Shown here: positions 1 to 14,221 of the stretch, piece by piece
How positions within the stretch are numbered: the stretch's first letter is position 1
Layout of the letters: each line of letters opens with the position of its first letter
From: Octopus sinensis
Lineage: Eukaryota
Assembly (NCBI RefSeq): GCF_006345805.1
Contig: NC_042998.1
Location: forward strand, 7,874,001-7,938,000
DNA: 64,000 bases
Direction: 5' to 3'
Position numbers and translations under genes: made by a program
Notes under the pieces: model-generated
What the model was told of the DNA's origin: nothing
Database searches by the model: none
Seen by the model: the letters and a program-made list of their open reading frames with translations, nothing else

Positions 1-135
1 ACCAAGTCCGCTCACAAGGCTTTGGTCGGCCCGAGGCTATTGGAGAAGACACTTGCTCAAGGTGCCACGCTGTGGGACTGAACCAGGAACCATGTGGTTG
101 GTAAACAAGCTACTTAGCACACAGCCACTCCTACA
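1..135 (-). mobile_element. SINE family A (OK-like), tRNA-derived head, cut by window edge
   Basis: Matches head of copies at 11096, 16207, 22480 (GGAGTGGCTGTGTGGTAAG...GGTTCAGTCCC; A/B-box-like). Confidence 0.8.
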
Positions 136-211
136 CCTATACTTTTACAATGCATAAGACAATCTAACGATTTTTAATACGATTTCTAATAATATTTAAT
201 TATAAAAATAT

Positions 212-441
212 ATATTTCTTTACTGCCAGAAGGTGCTAAACAAAGAGGGGACAAACAAAGACAGACGAAGGGATTGAGTCGATTATATCGCCCCCAGTGC
301 GAAACTGTTACTTTATCGACCCCGAAAGGATGAAAGGCAAAGTTGACCACGGCGGAATTTGAACTCAGAATGTAACGACAGACGAAATACTGCTAAGCCT
401 TTCGTCCGGGGCGCTAACGTGTCTGACAGCTCGCCGCCTTT
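212..441 (-). mobile_element. SINE family B, Tx1-type tail, diverged
   Basis: Head GGCGGCGAGCTG, core CTTTCATCCTTTCGGGGTCGATAAA, tail ...AGTAAAGAAAT; homologous to 9155-9389. Confidence 0.8.
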
Positions 442-978
442 AGGGGCTTTTCCATCATCGAATGGCTATGAGGGCCCGACCAATGAAAATAGAAATCATA
501 ATGGTCCTTAGGAAAAGATGGTTGAGAACAACTGAATTGTATCAAGTCTTACATACTGAGACGCCACAAACCTCATGTGAGGTTTACAATGTTCTATTGC
601 TCCTATTTCTGGGAAATGTTGCGGATTGTGCGCCCATAAACATCCAGTCTTCTTCCACCAAATTTTCTACTGTTACTACAATAAATACTGTTAATCGATG
701 CTGGCTGAAGTTTTGCCACTTCCATTTTCGCGTTCCTGTCCCTCTTTTTTCCTGAAGCTTATTGTATCCAGGCTCCCACTCCAATTACTACCCGCTTTCT
801 TCCCTTCAACGCCGTCGATCCTTGTAACACTCATCCAACTTATGCCTCTGCTACGGCTGTTTAAATACGATGTTTCAAGTAGAGTATTAATGGTACGGTG
901 AGGACTACGAACGTCATTTAACTATTTCACTCTCTCCAGTTTCCACAACTAATATTAATAATGATAATAATAAATGTA

Positions 979-1026
<48 letters not shown>

Positions 1027-1078
1027 GTCTCCGATGAAGGGATATAATTAATAAATATCCTAGAAACAGCTGTAAGAC
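1027..1078 (+). ncRNA. Variant minimal hammerhead ribozyme (Penelope-type)
   Basis: GTCT-CCGATGA-A-GGGATAT/ATATCCT-A-GAAAC-AGCT-GTA-AGAC. Stems I-III can form, but the core has U4>C and an A-A pair closes stem II. Confidence 0.5.
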
Positions 1079-1143
1079 AATCTATCTATAAATGCTCTAA
1101 TATCTACACAGCCTTGGTTTTTTATCTCATTACGCAAAAAATT

Positions 1144-1178
<35 letters not shown>

Positions 1179-1489
1179 CCCAAAACCGGTCCACAGATGT
1201 TGCTTTGTGCTGGAAGTGGGTGCTGAGGTCCCTTGTTCGAAAATATAAGGACACAGATATTGTGTCGCACAGCCAGCTGGAAATGACGTTTCCTGGGACT
1301 AAACAACAGTAACATTCGTCCCGTTCAGGACTGCTACATTATGTTGGCAAATAGTCTTTACTTTAAAGCACTGCTTCTGAATAACTCTCTTTGAGAGATT
1401 TAGAAATAATATATATATATATATTTCCGTGGTGCTTTCTTTCTCTCTCTACCTGTCACACTAGATACATGTGTGTGTGCGTGTGTATT

Positions 1490-1836
1490 CTTTTATTCTT
1501 TTACTTGTTGGTCATTTAACTGCAGCCATGCCGGGGCACCACCTTGAAGGATTTTAGCCTAGTACTTATTCTATCGGTCTCTATTGTGGGACCGCTAAGT
1601 TATGGGGCCGTAAATGCACCAACACCGGCTGTCAAATGGTGATGGGGGAAAAACAAAAGCACACACACATACGACGAGGTTCTTCCAGTTTCTGTCCATC
1701 AAATCCACTCACAAGGTTTTGGTCGGCCCGAGACTATAGTAGAAAACATTTGTCCAAGGTACCACGTAGTGGAACTGAACCCGGAACCATGTGGTTGAGA
1801 AGCAAGCTTGTTACCACACAGCCACGCCTGCACCTA
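1490..1836 (-). mobile_element. SINE family A copy
   Basis: Same head and tail (GGTGCCCCGGCATGGCTGCAG...AAGTAAAAG) as other family A copies. Confidence 0.75.
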
Positions 1837-1919
1837 TACATATATACATACATGCATGCATGCATACATACATACGCGCATGTATATATATTCATGTACA
1901 CACACGTTTGCATACACAC

Positions 1920-1971
<52 letters not shown>

Positions 1972-2077
1972 CTTAAGTAAAAAGTAATATACTCAAATTT
2001 TGTGTTCCATGTATCCTGTTTGAGCTAATTATACAACCATAACTAATTACACAACCACACACACACTCATATACACA

Positions 2078-2130
<53 letters not shown>

Positions 2131-3059
2131 AGAGACAGACAGTGTTTGAGTGAGAGAGGTAGGCAGACACAGAAACTTTTCAGCTATGCTCGTTAAATTT
2201 TAAATGTTATTTACATTCTGACACTACAAACCGTACACTCCCACGCACCTACATTGAATTATTAAAGTCATAAATTGAATATATATAAAATGTATATATA
2301 TATATAATAATGTCTTTACTCTCCTTTTATAATTGTTTTGATTATGCTTTTTACGCGTTATTTTTTTAATGTAAGAGCTGCTGATTCGCATACCTTTTTC
2401 ATTCATATAACTAAAAAGTGTAGAAGAAGAGAAAGCTTAAGAGTGAAATGCCGGTTGTCGGTTGTGTAATTACAATTGTTGAGTTAAACTGTTTTCGCTC
2501 TGTCGTTAATACAGAAGCAGTCACAGTGACGTAAGGATAACCTCAAATACATGTGGTTTGGTTTGTGCGTGCGTGTGTGAGCGTGTAATTATGACAGCGC
2601 CTTTGTTATGTGTACAAGTGTGTGTGTATATGTGTTCGTGCTTTTATATACACACGCTCTGCTGCAGTAATTGACAACAAAACTACATGAGAAAACATGT
2701 ATGTAGTCTGTCATTTTACTAGAAATAACCCCCCCACCACAAAATTCCTCACAATTCACCACGCGTATCACTTTAAATTAAGGAAAATGGATCCAACATA
2801 ATAAAGTAATGAAATTATGGGTTCACAATGCCTCTTATAACAATTGTCTTTGATCACAGTTTAATTCAACCAAGGGTGACCTGGGGCTAAACAATAATAC
2901 TTATAACAAGTGTTGTAATGATTCTGTTATGCACACCCAAAGTATTAGATAATCAGCTGATTATAAATATTCAACAAAAAATTTATCGCGGACGACATAT
3001 CGTAACGCGTGTTAAGACATTTCTGCAACAACCGTGAAAGGAAAAAGGTATTTAAATTT

Positions 3060-3152
3060 GCATATACACACACACGTGTTCATCTTATCGCATACCCGTA
3101 TTTAGGTGGTTTGTTTTGCTTGTAGATTTCTGCGCGTAAGTATATAAGTATG

Positions 3153-3198
<46 letters not shown>

Positions 3199-3325
3199 TC
3201 GTACACGCACGCATATTATTATACATACATGCTCATACAAATATATATACATACGTACGTACATATTCATACACACACACACACACACATGTGTGTGTGT
3301 GTGAGTGTATGAATATGTACGTACG

Positions 3326-3365
<40 letters not shown>

Positions 3366-3647
3366 CATGTTCATACATACATGTACACATATTCATATAT
3401 ATATACATACATGTACACATATTCATATATATATACATACATGTTCATACATACATGTACACATATTCATATATATATATACATACATGTTCATACATAC
3501 ATGTACACATGTTCATATATATATATACATACATGTTCATACATACATGTACACATGTTCATATATATATACATACATGTTCATACATACATGTACACAT
3601 GTTCATATATATATATACATACATGTTCATACATACATGTACACATG

Positions 3648-3685
<38 letters not shown>

Positions 3686-3796
3686 CATGTTCATACATAC
3701 ATGTACACATATTCATATATATATATATATATACATACATGTTCATACATACATGTACACATATTCATATATTATATATATATATATGCACATTTC

Positions 3797-3842
<46 letters not shown>

Positions 3843-3912
3843 CACACATACACTTTCACATTATCGCGCAACCATAATATGCGGTTTGTCGTGTTTGTAT
3901 AGATGCATACCG

Positions 3913-3950
<38 letters not shown>
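3060..3950. repeat. Compound (TA)n/(CA)n microsatellite with ~40-bp higher-order units (ACATACATGTTCATACATACATGTACACAT)
   Basis: Directly visible periodicity; explains the YI/HT-repeat ORFs. Confidence 0.95.
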
Positions 3951-3951
<1 letters not shown>

Positions 3952-4611
3952 GCCGGCTTAAGCTGATTGCCTAAAACAATTAAACCGGGTGCTTATCATA
4001 AAAGTAGTTGGGAATATTAAAGCCACCAAACCGGGTGCTTATCATCTCTGCTAATATTAGTTGGGAGAATGTTAAAGTGCTCTGCTTATCACAAGGACCA
4101 ACTTTTCCAACGATGCTCTCAACCCCTTCCCGAACTCATGGGCAGAAATGAATATGTAAGAACATTTGCGCGTAATGTAAACTTATGCATATATCTAAGT
4201 TCAGTATTTAACAAGTACTTATATCTACATAAGAGCGCAAATATTTCTGGTACAGAAGAAGCAGACACTCAAATCGACTGTAGTAGATAGCTTGTAGGTA
4301 ATTTTGTAGATGTTAGAATGATAAAAGGTAAAAAAATATATATATACTCCGAGTTTATTACAGTGCATAGAAAACAGTGCTGTAAATAATAGCTACTGAT
4401 TTTGGCACGAGACCTGCAATTTTGAGGGAAGGTGTTATCCAATACGATCGAACCCGGTGCTTGACCAGCACATTACTTTATTGACAGCGAAAGGGTGGAA
4501 AGCTAAACTAACCTTAGCAGGGGGCGTAATAGGTCGAAACAAATACCGCAAAGCATTTTTCCGAAAGCGCTAACCACTCTGCTATTTAGCCGCGTTGCGG
4601 TGGTACAAGAA

Positions 4612-4835
4612 TGTCCTTTTTTAGTATAGGCACAAGGCCTGGAATTTGTGGGGATGGGAGGGGGGCAGTCGATTACATCGACCCCACTGCTCGGTTAGTA
4701 CTTATTTCATCGGCCCCGAAAGGATGAAAGGTAAGGTCGACCTCGGTGGAATTCGAACTCAGAATGTAAAAACAGACGAAATGCCGCGATACAATTTTGT
4801 CCGGTGCGCTAACGATTCTGCCAACTCGCCGCCTT
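4612..4835 (-). mobile_element. SINE family B, alternative tail (CCCCTCCC...GGCCTTGTGCCTATA)
   Basis: Family B head and core, but 3' end differs from the Tx1-type tail. Confidence 0.75.
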
Positions 4836-6074
4836 ATAGAACTGCAAATAGTATATATATACACACACATATATACACACACACACATATATATATATAT
4901 GCACATTTCATATTATATATATATATATATAGTTACAGGTAGCGCAAAATGTAATTAACGTAAAGCAAGTAGTCGGCGCTAATAACAGCCTCACCCCCAA
5001 CCTTTTTTCTTCATTTACTCGTTTCGGTATTGGGTTGCAGCCAGGCTAGGGCATTGACTTGAAACGTTAAGTCAATCGAATCGACCCCAGTAATTCTTTC
5101 ATGAATCTGCTACTTATTGTATCAATTACTTGTTGCGAGACCACTACGATGCAGTAACGGTAATAATTCAGCAACAGTTGTCAAACAGTAAATGACACAC
5201 ACACACACACACACACACATACACACATACACACATGACGAGCTATTGCACAATTTCCATCAACCGATTTCCCTTGTAATCCATTGGTCGTGCCCGGGGT
5301 TAAAAAAAGGCTAACATTTCCCGAAGATGCCGCGTGGTGGGTTTGAACACGAAACGACGCGGTTGTAAAACAACTTCTTAACCACACAGCCATGCCTACG
5401 TCTATACATACAAGACCATCATGTATTGTTTTTCTCTTCGGAAGGGGAGACAGCTGGTGGCTGGAGTCGATTTGGCAATTAACATCGTTATGTAAACGAA
5501 ATCATTATTAAGCAACATTTCCGTTCTGAGTTCAACTCCCAGTGACGTTTGACTTCGGAACCTTCTTGACCGATGTACCAGACTGGTGCTTATTTTACTT
5601 TTTATTCCAAATGAATTAAAGACAAAGTCGACCCCGACAGTGTTTGAATTCAAAAATTCAAAATGTAGAATGTAATTAAAAGAAAAAAAAGCTCAAGGTA
5701 TTCCGGCCGTCACCTTACCTGTTCCGCATCGGCACAAGGACACAATTTTCTTATTGAAGTGAGGGTGGAATAATATTTTGTCCTACTCAAGGAGTGACAT
5801 TTACTTCTTTAATCAATCATACATCGATCAACACTTTCTTATCATGGACAAAAATAAACACACAGAAAGTTTGAGGGTTAAGGTAAGGTGTTTTAAATTG
5901 AATCGACTCCAGTATCTGACAGCTGTTTATTTTATCGGAACCAATCCCGGAAGAATGAAGAGTAAAGTCGACTACAAAGCGATATGAACTTGTATCTTAC
6001 AGGTATGTAATAAAACATGGCAAGGCATTTATCGACGTTCCACTTCACTGTCGATTCTTTATCGACCCAATTAT

Positions 6075-6152
<78 letters not shown>

Positions 6153-6622
6153 ATACATACACACACAGAGTCGGGTGTATATATTATCGACTGTAGCTGC
6201 ACCAGTACTGGATTGGAACTTAATTTAATGTATCCCATGGGAGATGAAAAGAAAATGAACACCGGCAAGATTCGAACTCAGAAGGTTGTGTCATATTGAT
6301 TTAATTTGCTCATGATTGATAAATTATAACTGTTTCTATATTTTGCATCGAGAAAGCTTAGTTGATTATACCGACCTAAGTACTTGATTGATACTTCGGT
6401 TTAGCGACCTCGGATAGGTAAAAAAAAAGGCAAAGATGACCACGGCGAAATTTTAACACAAAATGTAAAATGCCGAAACCAAAAAAAAAAAAAATAAATA
6501 ATAATAATATGTATGTATATTAACAATGACAACAGCAATAGCAAAATAACCACAACACGAAAAGAAAATGAAAATTTAAATAAAAAAAAGTAGATTTTTT
6601 AAATAGCAAGTATTGAACTTAC

Positions 6623-6658
6623 TAAGGTGATTAAAGTCAATACGGTAATCCAGGGCAT
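6623..6658 (-). CDS. Candidate first coding exon of a host gene (MPWITVLTLITL, signal-peptide-like)
   Basis: ATG at 6658 with an in-frame upstream stop, 12 mostly hydrophobic codons, then a consensus GTAAGT donor at 6622-6617. It lies at the end of a ~2.5 kb SINE-free tract. No downstream exon was found. Confidence 0.35.
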
Positions 6659-7307
6659 CGCGAACAGAAAGTTGTCCGTGTGCGATGTTGCAGCTTCAGG
6701 CTTGGTGCTGAGTGTGGAGTCTGCCGGAGTCTTTTAAGTTTGGTCAGTACATATATGTATGTATATATCAAATGAATACGGTAGTTATCCAGTGCTATAG
6801 ATAGTGATGCTTCAACGTATGTACCGATACAGCGTCGTATATGTATGTATACATATATATATGTTGTTGTTGTTGTTGTTGTTATTGTTATTATTGTTAT
6901 ATCATTGCATGCAGTCCGTCTACATGTGATTCCCGAATAATGCCGTTTCTGATATTTACTACAACTGATTAGTAATACCGCGATTTCCTACTCTTTCGAA
7001 AGAAGAAGAAGAAGCCAAAAAAAAATGTTAAATAAATGAATAAATAAAGAGAAGTGACACTGTTGTTGTTTACGTTGCTGTTCATGTGCCTGCCACTGTT
7101 GTTACTACTACTACTACTACTGGTGATGATGTTACGATAGTGCGGTGGTGATGGTAGTAGCTGGTTGTGTTGTTTTGTTTGTTTTTTTCGTTACTTTTTC
7201 ATTTTTTGCCTGTTACTGGTATTGCTGGTAGGAGTTTGAAAGAGGTGGGTGTTTGTGTAGAAGTAACTGTGATACATATACATATATATATATATATACA
7301 CACACCT

Positions 7308-7346
<39 letters not shown>

Positions 7347-7502
7347 GTGTGTGTATGTATGTATGTATTGTTTGTGCAAGTAGCTAAGGCGTTGTGTAGA
7401 GTGTTGTCACATTACGCTGTGTTTCATGCATGCTTTTATGCATGATATAGTTATGAAGGTACGCATGTACGTTTCTATCTTACCTATGTATTTATGTCCG
7501 AT

Positions 7503-7533
<31 letters not shown>

Positions 7534-7827
7534 GTATTTGTATGGAAGCGTATGCTTCGATGTTATGCACCTTTGTATATTATTATATGCACATATATAC
7601 CTGCATGCGTGTATTTACTATATGATATGTATATGTTCGTGTATACATGTTTATATTTATATCTTAAGTATGTATATTTGTATGTTATGTTGTTTTATTA
7701 TTACCCACTAGGGGCTACATATTTGTATGTTATGTGTGCCTGCACATGGTACGTTTGTGCGCGTGTTTCTACGTTACGCATGTATGTAAACTATATATAT
7801 GTATATATATACACACAAACACACAAA

Positions 7828-7885
<58 letters not shown>

Positions 7886-9154
7886 GCTTGTATCTGCTGC
7901 GTGTTATGTTAGTAAGTAGGTGGGTTTAATTATCGTAGTAATAATGATGGTGGGATGTTCAGATGTTCTGTGGTTGCGGTAGTGGTGATGGTGAAAGTAG
8001 TAGTAGTGGCGATGGTGGTGGTGGTGGTTAACGGCGGTGATAGTTGATTGGACAGCAGCACGTGGAAAGCAAGAAGACGGTGGCTACCCAAGAAATGAAT
8101 GATTTTGTTGTTGTTTTTATATATTTTACATTATTTACAAGTGAAGTTGATGTAAGGCTTTTTGCTGTTGTTGATATTGATGTTGGTGATGGTGATAAAC
8201 GAAGCAATTTGCACGAACGGTCGGGACGTGTAACGCTGAGAAATAGCGAGGGGCTGTGGGCTGTGCAAATTATTTATCGGTATGCAAGTGAACGATGTTA
8301 TTAGTGGAGGGGAAAAAAACATGCAGTGTTGTTGATAAGCGGTGTGAATGAGGACTGGAAGAAAAGATATAAATCGAAAAACTAAAAAAGTAAATAAAAA
8401 ATTATTAGGGGGGACAGAATGGTTGAAGGGGGTGGAATGAATGCTCTGAACATCGAAAGAATTTAAAAAGTCAACAAACAATACTAGGTCTCTCTCTCTC
8501 TTCCGCTCTCTTTTTTTGTCTTTCTCTCGCTCTATCTCTTTCTTTCTTTGCTGTGCGAGCACAGACAGAATCACAGAGAGAAAGGGAGAGATAAATAGAA
8601 AGAGGGAAAGAAAGAGATAGAGAGAAGGAGACAATGAAAACAAAGAAAGAAGGAGAGTTATGAAGGAAGTTAAAAAAAGAAAAAAACAGACAAAAGCAGG
8701 CGCTGAATGAAATTATAGAATGCAAAAGAAAATGCATACCAGCGCATACACATGTATATGAACACTACATACGCGCACAAACACAAACGCACGCATGGGA
8801 ATGCATTATGCACAGATATGTGCACATACTCGCACACGCAGACATACACATACGCACGCGCATAAGCATTCACGTAGGAGCACGCTTTAGCACGTTTAAA
8901 GCACGCACACATTCAGCGGCGGCGCGCACATCCATACACGCGGCGGATGGTGTGTGTGCGTGCGTGCGTGCATGTGAGAGACAGAAAGAGAAAAGCGGTT
9001 GGCTGCACCTCAGCCTGGTAAACAAACCATCTGTGGTTCGATTCTCGTCAGCAGTTTAGTCCTTTATCTTTTTCGATTCTTTTGTGTGTGAGTGTGTGTA
9101 TGCACGTGCGCATGTGCATATGTGTGAGTGTGTATATACACTTACATTACATAT

Positions 9155-9389
9155 ATATTTCTTTACTACCCACAAGGGGCTAAACACAGAAGGGACAAAC
9201 AAGGACAGACAAACGGATTAAGTCGATTATATCGACCCCAGTGCGTAACTGGTACTTATTTAATCGACCCCGAAAGGATGAAAGGCAAAGTCGACCTCGG
9301 CGGAATTTGAACTCAGAACGTAACGGCAGATGAAATACGGCTACGCATTTCGCCCCGGCGTGCTAACGTTTCTACCAGCTCGCCGCCTT
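9155..9389 (-). mobile_element. SINE family B, full length, with TSD
   Basis: Flanked by CTTACATTACATATATATT at 9141-9159 and 9387-9405. Confidence 0.9.
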
Positions 9390-9407
9390 ACATTACATAT
9401 ATATTAC

Positions 9408-9453
<46 letters not shown>

Positions 9454-9773
9454 TATATATATATATATATATATGTATAAATATAGGGATGGTATTATTA
9501 AAATACCATCACAAGTGGTAAGCGAATTATTAGCCGTACAGGCAAATTAATAAAATATATACATACAATATTAGATATGTAAATATATACACAATGGTAC
9601 TCTACATGAGTACCTATATCGCTAATGATAGAAGTAAAAATATACTTCTGTACCACCGAATAGTCACAAATCTATTAGAGACAAGATAGGAAAAAATATC
9701 AGTGAACAATAATAATGTCTTACCTCAAATGGGTCAGAACAAGTGAATGTTGGTCAACCTGGTACCGGTTTCG

Positions 9774-9808
<35 letters not shown>

Positions 9809-10009
9809 CATACACACACGCATACAAACACAAATATCAATAAATGGATCTCCGTCACCTTTTCAGATGAGTATTGAACTGTTCGATCAACTGACTTGTC
9901 TACTCTCTGACTTACTGTGTAAGTGGTCGAATATCCCACAGACATGTGTGCAGTCGGAATCAACAATACACCTTGTGAGGAGGCTGGACTTTTGACTTAC
10001 AGTACATCT

Positions 10010-10298
10010 CAAGACCTGGGTTGTCTTACCCAAAATGCTACGCAGTGGGATCGAACCCACATCTCATGATTGCGAAGCGAAGTTCATAACCGCCCAGTCA
10101 TGCGTGTGTTTATAGATACATACATTCCTTCATACAAATATGCAGCAACGCCCAAGACCTGGGTTGTCTTACCCAAAATGCTACGCAGTGGGATCGAACC
10201 CACATCTCATGATTGCGAAGCGAAGTTCATAACCGCCCAGTCATGCGTGTGTTTATAGATACATACATTCCTTCATACAAATATGCAGCAACGCCCAA
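10010..10298. repeat. Exact 143-bp tandem duplication
   Basis: CAAGACCTGGG...GCAGCAACGCC starts at 10010 and again at 10153. Confidence 0.9.
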
Positions 10299-10729
10299 AG
10301 TGTTAATGTAATAAATCAATTTACTGGTAGAGCTTTAGCAGGTACATCAATATATGTAACTGAAACACAGCCCGCCTCTAGTATAACCACTCTAAGTCTC
10401 TCATATTTCAAGTCGTGTTTTACACTAAGCATCCCTCTAAAATAAATACAAGTATCTCATACATTGAACTGTTTCTTTATACGAACAACCTTTCTAAAAG
10501 ATTGAAATAGAAATTGTGAGAGTGAATGAGTGGGAGGGAGGGTTTTTACATGAGGCGAATGTATTTTTCTGAGCTATCTGTTATATCACTACCTAGCAAT
10601 ATTTCTCCAGCAACTTCCTCAGCTCCAAGGTCACATCACATCAACGTGTGTCGGATGCTTTCGCTGTAGAGCATGGGTTCTTCTAGCGAGATGGTCACTT
10701 CGCCTATTGGACACAAGAGCCAAACCTCC

Positions 10730-11481
10730 CTCAAAACACGTTCTCGCTTTGTAACCACATGCTTTCGGATTCGGTCCCACTACGCGACCCCTTGGGCAAG
10801 TTTCATCTTCTATAGTCCCTGGCTTCTGAGCTTGTGCATGAATTTGGTAGACGAAAACTGTGTGGAAGCCCATCATATATATACATATTTATGTTTGTGT
10901 GCGTGTTTGAGTTTGTCCCATCATCACCGCTTGACCACCGTCGGTGGTTTTTTTACGTCCCCGTAACTTAGTGACTCAGTAAAAAAGACCGATAGAGGTA
11001 CCAGACTTTTAAAAAATAAGTACTGGGGTTGATTTGTCTGACTAAAACTCTTCAAGGCGATACTCCAGCCCGGCCGCAATCCAGCGACTGAAACGGGAGT
11101 GGCTGTGTGGTAAGAAGGTTATTTACCAACCACATGGTTCCGGGTTCAGTCCCAATGCGTGGCATCTTGGGCAAGTGTCTTCTACTATAGCCCCGGGCTG
11201 ACCAATGCCTTGTGAGTGGATTTGGTAGACGGAAACTGAAAGAAGCCCGTCGTATATATTTATATATGCGTGTGTATGTTTGTGTGTCTGTGTCCCCCTA
11301 GCATTGCTTGACAACCGATGCTGTTTATGTCCCCGTAACTTAGCGGTTCGGCAAAAGAGACCGATAGAATAAGTACTGGGCTTACAAAAGAATAAGTCCC
11401 GGGGTCGAGTTGCTCGATTAAAGGCGGTGCTCCAGCATGGCCACAGTCAAATGACTGAAACAAGTAAAAGAGTAAAAGAGT
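10730..11481 (+). mobile_element. Two adjacent SINE family A copies (second 11096-11481 nearly intact)
   Basis: tRNA-like head, internal (TA/TG)n, tail GGCGGTGCTCCAGCATGGCC...GAAACA(AGTAAAAG)n. Confidence 0.85.
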
Positions 11482-12504
11482 AATGGAGTGCCTGATACAC
11501 AGACGGAGGGCATGGTCACGACTGGAACATTTTTTATCACGAGTTTATGCTGTAAGACTTGGTGTTATGCTACATAAAAGCAAGGACAAAATTTACTTCG
11601 AACCAATGAAGAGGAGCCTTTGCGTGGCCGCTCGACCTAGAAGAAATAGCAGTCAAATTTCCCTCATATGACACCCTACAGTTTTAAATAAGGAAAGGAG
11701 TCACCGGGTACTAAGGCGAGATAATATCTACATTACATAGATAGGTCAGTCTCGGTGATGCTGGTAACTTGAAATTCAGTCTAACCTGTCACATTGTCGG
11801 GAGCCAGAGACTAGGCAAGCCTGGTGAGGAAGAATGCATGCCAAACGGATAGATGAACCCAGTATAGGGCTAACGAATATGTAACAACAGTGCACGATGA
11901 CATAGGTTGACTATTACCTGGGGAAATTTCCAGGAGAGTATCCAGCGCAGCACATTAGGCAAGTATCTTCTATACAATCCCGGGTTGTCCAATGTGAGTG
12001 AATTCGGTAAACGAAAATTGTGTGCAAGCCCATTCAATATATATATATATATATATACATATATCGTTTGTAGAAAACAAATCCAGAGAAGGAGCACACT
12101 GTAAGATGTAGAGCAGTGTGTATTTTCTTTTACTGGGGAAGGCTGGTTTATGGGATTACCTTGGATTTCCCGTTCATAAAGGGATTAGCTTTATGGCGTA
12201 TCGTCAAACCACAAAACCTGTTGGCCTAAGACCTCTTCAAAATATGGAGAAGGAAAAGCCTCACTGCGAAGGTAAACAATAGGGGATCATCTCCCTTCGC
12301 CATTGGCTATCGACTTCCAGTTGTCGATATATATATATCTCGAAATGAGGAGTAGATAGACAAGCGACAACTGAAGAAGTGTCGTTTCTCTGTATTTACT
12401 TATCCCTGTTTTCCATTTTTGTTTCTCGTTGTTTATATATTTAACTTGCTTGTCTACGTATTTCATGTTGTTTACACAGTTGGTGACATCCTGTATCCAT
12501 ATAT

Positions 12505-12562
<58 letters not shown>

Positions 12563-12567
12563 GTGTA

Positions 12568-12800
12568 GAGGCGCGTGGCTTAGTGATCGTAAGATTGTGG
12601 TTTCGATTCCTGGACCGGGCGACGCTTTGTGCTCTTGAGCAAAACACTTCATTTTACGTTGCTCCTGTCCACTCAGTTGACAAAAATGAGTAACCCTGGC
12701 AAAAATGATGGACTGGCGTCCTGTCCAGCTGGGGAACACAAACACCATAGAAACCGGTAAACCGGGCCCATGAGCCTGACTAAGCTTTAAAAAGGGCCAT
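12568..12800 (+). mobile_element. SINE family C, short-tail (OR2-like) copy
   Basis: Head GAGGCGCGTGGCTTAGTG...TTCGATTCC; tail GAAACCGG...TTTAAAAAGGGC shared with 18303-18606. Confidence 0.7.
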
Positions 12801-13122
12801 TTATTATTTTTTAAAAATTATATATATATATATGATGGCAGTTTCTCGTAGTCCGAGAAAGAGGGATCTATAATTTCTTGTTGAATAACCTGCTCAAATG
12901 ATGCGATCGATTGCTTGTGCTATACATTAGCTCGCTCATCCCACCAAATCGACGTCACCTGAACGGGTAAGGTGTGTCAGACATCAGGTGTTGGATTGAT
13001 TACAGAGCAACGTAAGAGGAGTTCTTTTGTTCATGAACACAACACCCCGCCCCGGTCTAGAAGCTGAAACCACGATCTTGCAACCGCAAGTGCAACACCC
13101 TAGTCACCAGGCCATGCAGCTT

Positions 13123-13172
<50 letters not shown>

Positions 13173-13542
13173 CACACAACTTGATAGTCGGTGTTGTTTT
13201 GCTTAGTCGCCGTAACCAGTCAGTTGGACGAAAGAAACTACTATAATAGGTACCAGACTTGAAAAGTGTATGTACTGAAGTCAATTAGTTTCACTAAGCC
13301 CGTTCAGGCGGTGCCCCAGCTTGGCCACAGTCCAATGACGGAAACAAGTCAAAGAATGGAAGAATAACTTTCGACCATGGCAACAGCTTGTTTTCATATG
13401 TCGCATTGCAGTTAAATATGTTAATCTGTCTATTCTAGTTTGTGTGGACGATACGCTTACGTATATATTCTTTATCAGACAAACTGCAAAAAGGAGAGCT
13501 CTACATAAGATTATGAACTGTAACGAAAGGGAGACCAGCATA

Positions 13543-14207
13543 GGCCTGTTGGGGTTATGTACCCCTAAATTCCTTACATGAATCCTTTTCTATCTGGCGT
13601 ATAGTGAACCATTTCAATTTATACAATAAAGTGCAGGGATAGAAGTTCGCTCTGTATAAACTTATTCCACACTTCACTTAAAACAAATTTTTTGAGCAAG
13701 CTGTTCAGTTACATATTTCTTGTTTATGAAACGTATTGGTTGTCGTTGCACTAGTTGCGGGTATCCTGCTTGTATACGACAATAAGGAAACACCACTTCT
13801 GGAATTTCCAGGCTGGTGAGAGCAACAGTAGGTATATCTTAGGGGGCCGGCAATATAAATGTTTTACGGATTGCCCGTGTAGACGCGCCATGATTTGTAA
13901 TCGAGCGATCAGACGTTCTTCTCGACGGAAGCCTCCATCATCAAACCAAGTAAAATACCGACCTGAGAACGGTATTTCACCTCGTCTCTTAAAATGATCA
14001 AACAAGGGAATAAAGATGATGCTTTTAAAGTAACTGAGCAGCTTGCTCAAAGAATTTGTTTTAAGTGGAATGTGGAATAAGTTTATACAGAGCAAACTTC
14101 TATTCCTGCGTTTTATTGTATAAGTTGAAATGGTTCACTGCGCGCCACATGCCGGATAGAAAAGGATTCATGTTAAGGAATTTAGGGGTACATAACCCCA
14201 ACAGGCC
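13543..14207. mobile_element. Internally deleted PIF/Harbinger-like DNA transposon
   Basis: ~170-bp TIRs starting GGCCTGTTGGGGTTATGTACCC. Minus-strand interior gives frameshifted ILLG/DDGGF and HGASTRAI, resembling Harbinger DDE motifs. TSD unclear. Confidence 0.6.
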
Positions 14208-14221
14208 GATACAGTCTAACG

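Noticed and set aside
462-901. Overlapping short ORFs
   Set aside because: No recognisable domain; possibly a decayed LINE end, too weak to call.
3085-3966. Long ORFs of YI/HT/CV repeats (also 7167-7929, 46128-47160, 51224-51945, 54789-55344)
   Set aside because: Translations of microsatellites that are stop-free by composition.
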